This document shows positions 21,105 through 23,248 of a DNA stretch of 23,248 bases, in pieces. Numbering within the stretch: the stretch's first letter is position 1; each line of letters starts with the position of its first letter. The translations under genes and the position numbers were made by a program. Source of the stretch: Psammoneis japonica (taxonomy: Eukaryota); NCBI GenBank assembly GCA_008632985.1, contig QPGO01000139.1:186001-209248 (forward strand), written 5' to 3'. The notes below the pieces were generated by a model. That model saw only the letters and a program-made list of their open reading frames with translations. It did not search any database and was not told where the DNA came from.

Positions 21105-22358
21105 TCACACCATTCTCGTGTATTGCTGAGGATTTTCATGAACGTCCGAATTGTCTTGTGGCTTTTCCACAGTATGACTCTTGTTGTTGTCAGGCACAAC
21201 AACATCCACTTGACTTTCCAATGAGGCTGGCGGTGCCGTTTTGTTTTGGAGGTATTGTCGCAGTGGCGTATCCACACGCTTATACCACAGATACGAAAAC
21301 CCATACAAAACAAAAAAGGCCGGTACAAAGTAAAAGGGTCTCAAGTAAAGGTATCCACGTTTCCAATATCCATCTTGTAGACGCATGGCAATGGCAAAGA
21401 GTGGCCATCTCCAAAGATAGACTTGAAAGGCAAAATCACCCATCGTCGACAGGCGGGAAGTGCAAAGAACCGAGCCGTATAAACACATGTCCACGTCACA
21501 ACTTGATCCAAACACCAAACAATCCAAATAGTGGCATGGTGGCATAGACCAAGAGACAATCGTAGGCTGTCAAGTCGTGATGAATAGGAACGGCCAATAT
21601 CAATAAAAACACAACGGGAAAGACGCCATCGGCCAACCGTGCTGCCAATTTGGACGAATGCCTCGTACAAAGAGTTCCGCCAAGGCGCACCCAGCACAAA
21701 TTCAGCCAGACGGAGTGGTGGGAAGGTGTAGAAAAAAGAGCCATTGTTGTGATGTATCTAGCGAACCATTCTTGAATAGCAGCGTGATGGAAATTGGAAG
21801 TACGGCAATCAGTGGTGTTGCCATACAATACCACTTGATGTGTGAGTCTCGTATTTTGAGCAATTGTATTTGTAAAAAAGGAAATGCCAACCAATGTGCC
21901 GCCATGGTGGATAACGTCCATCCCGGTGTGTTTCCAAAATACGCAAAGGGCGTAATCCAACATTGCAACAGCGTCGTCACGAGCGGAACTCCAATCAGCC
22001 ATTGTCTCCACGAAGTATAGTGTTGTCCCAAAGCTCGAATCACGAGTGCCACCACGGTGGAAGCATAATAACACGCCAAAATGGAACCAAATCGTGATTT
22101 AAAGTAATTGCGTGTCGTTTTTTGATTGCCAAAATCCCGTGATCCATAGGCGTATTGCGAACAATAACCACTCAACACAAAGAAAAACGTCACGGCCACA
22201 TAACGTCGCATACAAAAACGTTGATAGACCGTTCCTTCTTCGTCTAATTGTGCATTATAATTGTGAGCAAAGACCAACCAAAAGGCTACAATAAAACGAA
22301 AACCGTCCAGTGCGGGTAAGCGGGGTTTTGTAGTGTGTTGTTGTACTTGCGGCGTCAT
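21105..22358 (-). CDS. Acyltransferase family 3 (OafA-like) membrane protein with about four apparent frameshifts
   Basis: RLPALDGFRF..VFAH, AVTFFFVLSGY, FKSRFGSI, LLQCW, NTPGWTLS. Continues across frames as YTFPPLRLAEFVLG / ALAELF / DGVFPVVFLLILAVP / LSTMGDFAFQVYLWRWP..YKRVDTPLR. Shifts near 21735, 21686, 21632 and 21517. Confidence 0.8.
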
Positions 22359-22679
22359 GGTTGATTTTCTGGGAGTGTCGCATATGGTGGATTGGCGAGA
22401 GATGAATGAGGCAATTGCCCTTTATGAATTATTCGGGACAGAGGACTGATGATAAAATTTCGATACAAGTTACTGTATGCATGGATACATTGATAATTCG
22501 AAACCGTTGGAAACTTCCGCCAGCGCCGCTTGAAGCTCGCTCGCTCACTTTTCGCGTTGGCTTGCTGGTGTGTGTGCTCGCCAACCATGGCGGCCACATT
22601 GGGGCCTTGATTGCACCAACGGGTAAAGCGTTTTACCGATTGGCAGATCAATACAGCATAACTTTACAATAACAACATC

Positions 22680-23248
22680 ATGCCTTGGACATGCCGAGAA
22701 ATGGCCTTGGCCGCAACCACCGCAATCGTTCTTGTCGCAACTCCCTTTCTGCTCCCAAGACGAATATCAATACACCCATTTCGGTCGCCATGATTGGTAA
22801 CAGCATGATATATTACAATGACTTGCCTCGTTTGTTGGAAGCCATTTCCAATGGCAAGATTACTCAAAATTCGTGTCTGCACGGAGACGCCACACTGACG
22901 TCTCTGCTATTCACGGGCAACGGAATGGCTTACAAATTCAACACGAACCATTCCAAAGTGGCAACGTGGAAGGCTTCCAAATACAACAAGACTATATATG
23001 ATTATGGAGCGTGTACCGTAAAGCAATTACTGTTTGGAACTGACGAGGAACTTGAGGAATTTGTCAACAATGGATACAATGATGATGATGATGATGCATA
23101 CGACGATGACTCCATCATTACATATGTGGACGACGGATCCAATCCATGCATGCAAGATCCCACGTACAATACCTATCTCCAGAACAGTATTCCAAAAAAC
23201 ACAACAAACCACCCAGTGGGACTTTGTCTTGTTGAATGACAACACCCG
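22680..23248 (+). CDS. SGNH-hydrolase-like protein, 5' part, continues beyond the window
   Basis: Block I-like VAMIGNSMIYYNDLPRLL. A hydrophobic N-terminus (MALAATTAIVLVATPFLL) and the downstream QWDFVLLNDNT are each in another frame, implying 1-nt indels near 22756 and 23210. Confidence 0.65.

Overview
Eukaryotic nuclear DNA with short GT-AG introns, most likely from a diatom (inferred from gene style and TE remnants). The right part (11.1-23.2 kb) is a compact housekeeping block of four head-to-head gene pairs: HIBCH/ECH_2-like with a small mitochondrial membrane protein, PFAS/purL with DEK, MOG1 with a thioredoxin-fold protein, and acyltransferase-3 with an SGNH-like protein. Several single-base frameshifts there look like sequencing errors. 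The left part is unusual. Two decayed transposon-rich domains (about 1-1790 and 8430-10850) have almost no TpA as well as reduced CpG, and are enriched in TG/CA. This suggests a RIP-like repeat-targeted mutator that acts on TpA in addition to CpG decay. Two copies of a ~265-bp LTR-like repeat (129-393 and 9640-9908; TGTTGGA...TCCAACA) are flanked by an exact 5-bp duplication (ATTGC). They enclose an intact 2026-aa two-exon gene: Cys motif, ARM repeats, two ubiquitin-like domains (the second ending in GG), then a HET/TIR-like domain. All counts and alignments were done by eye.
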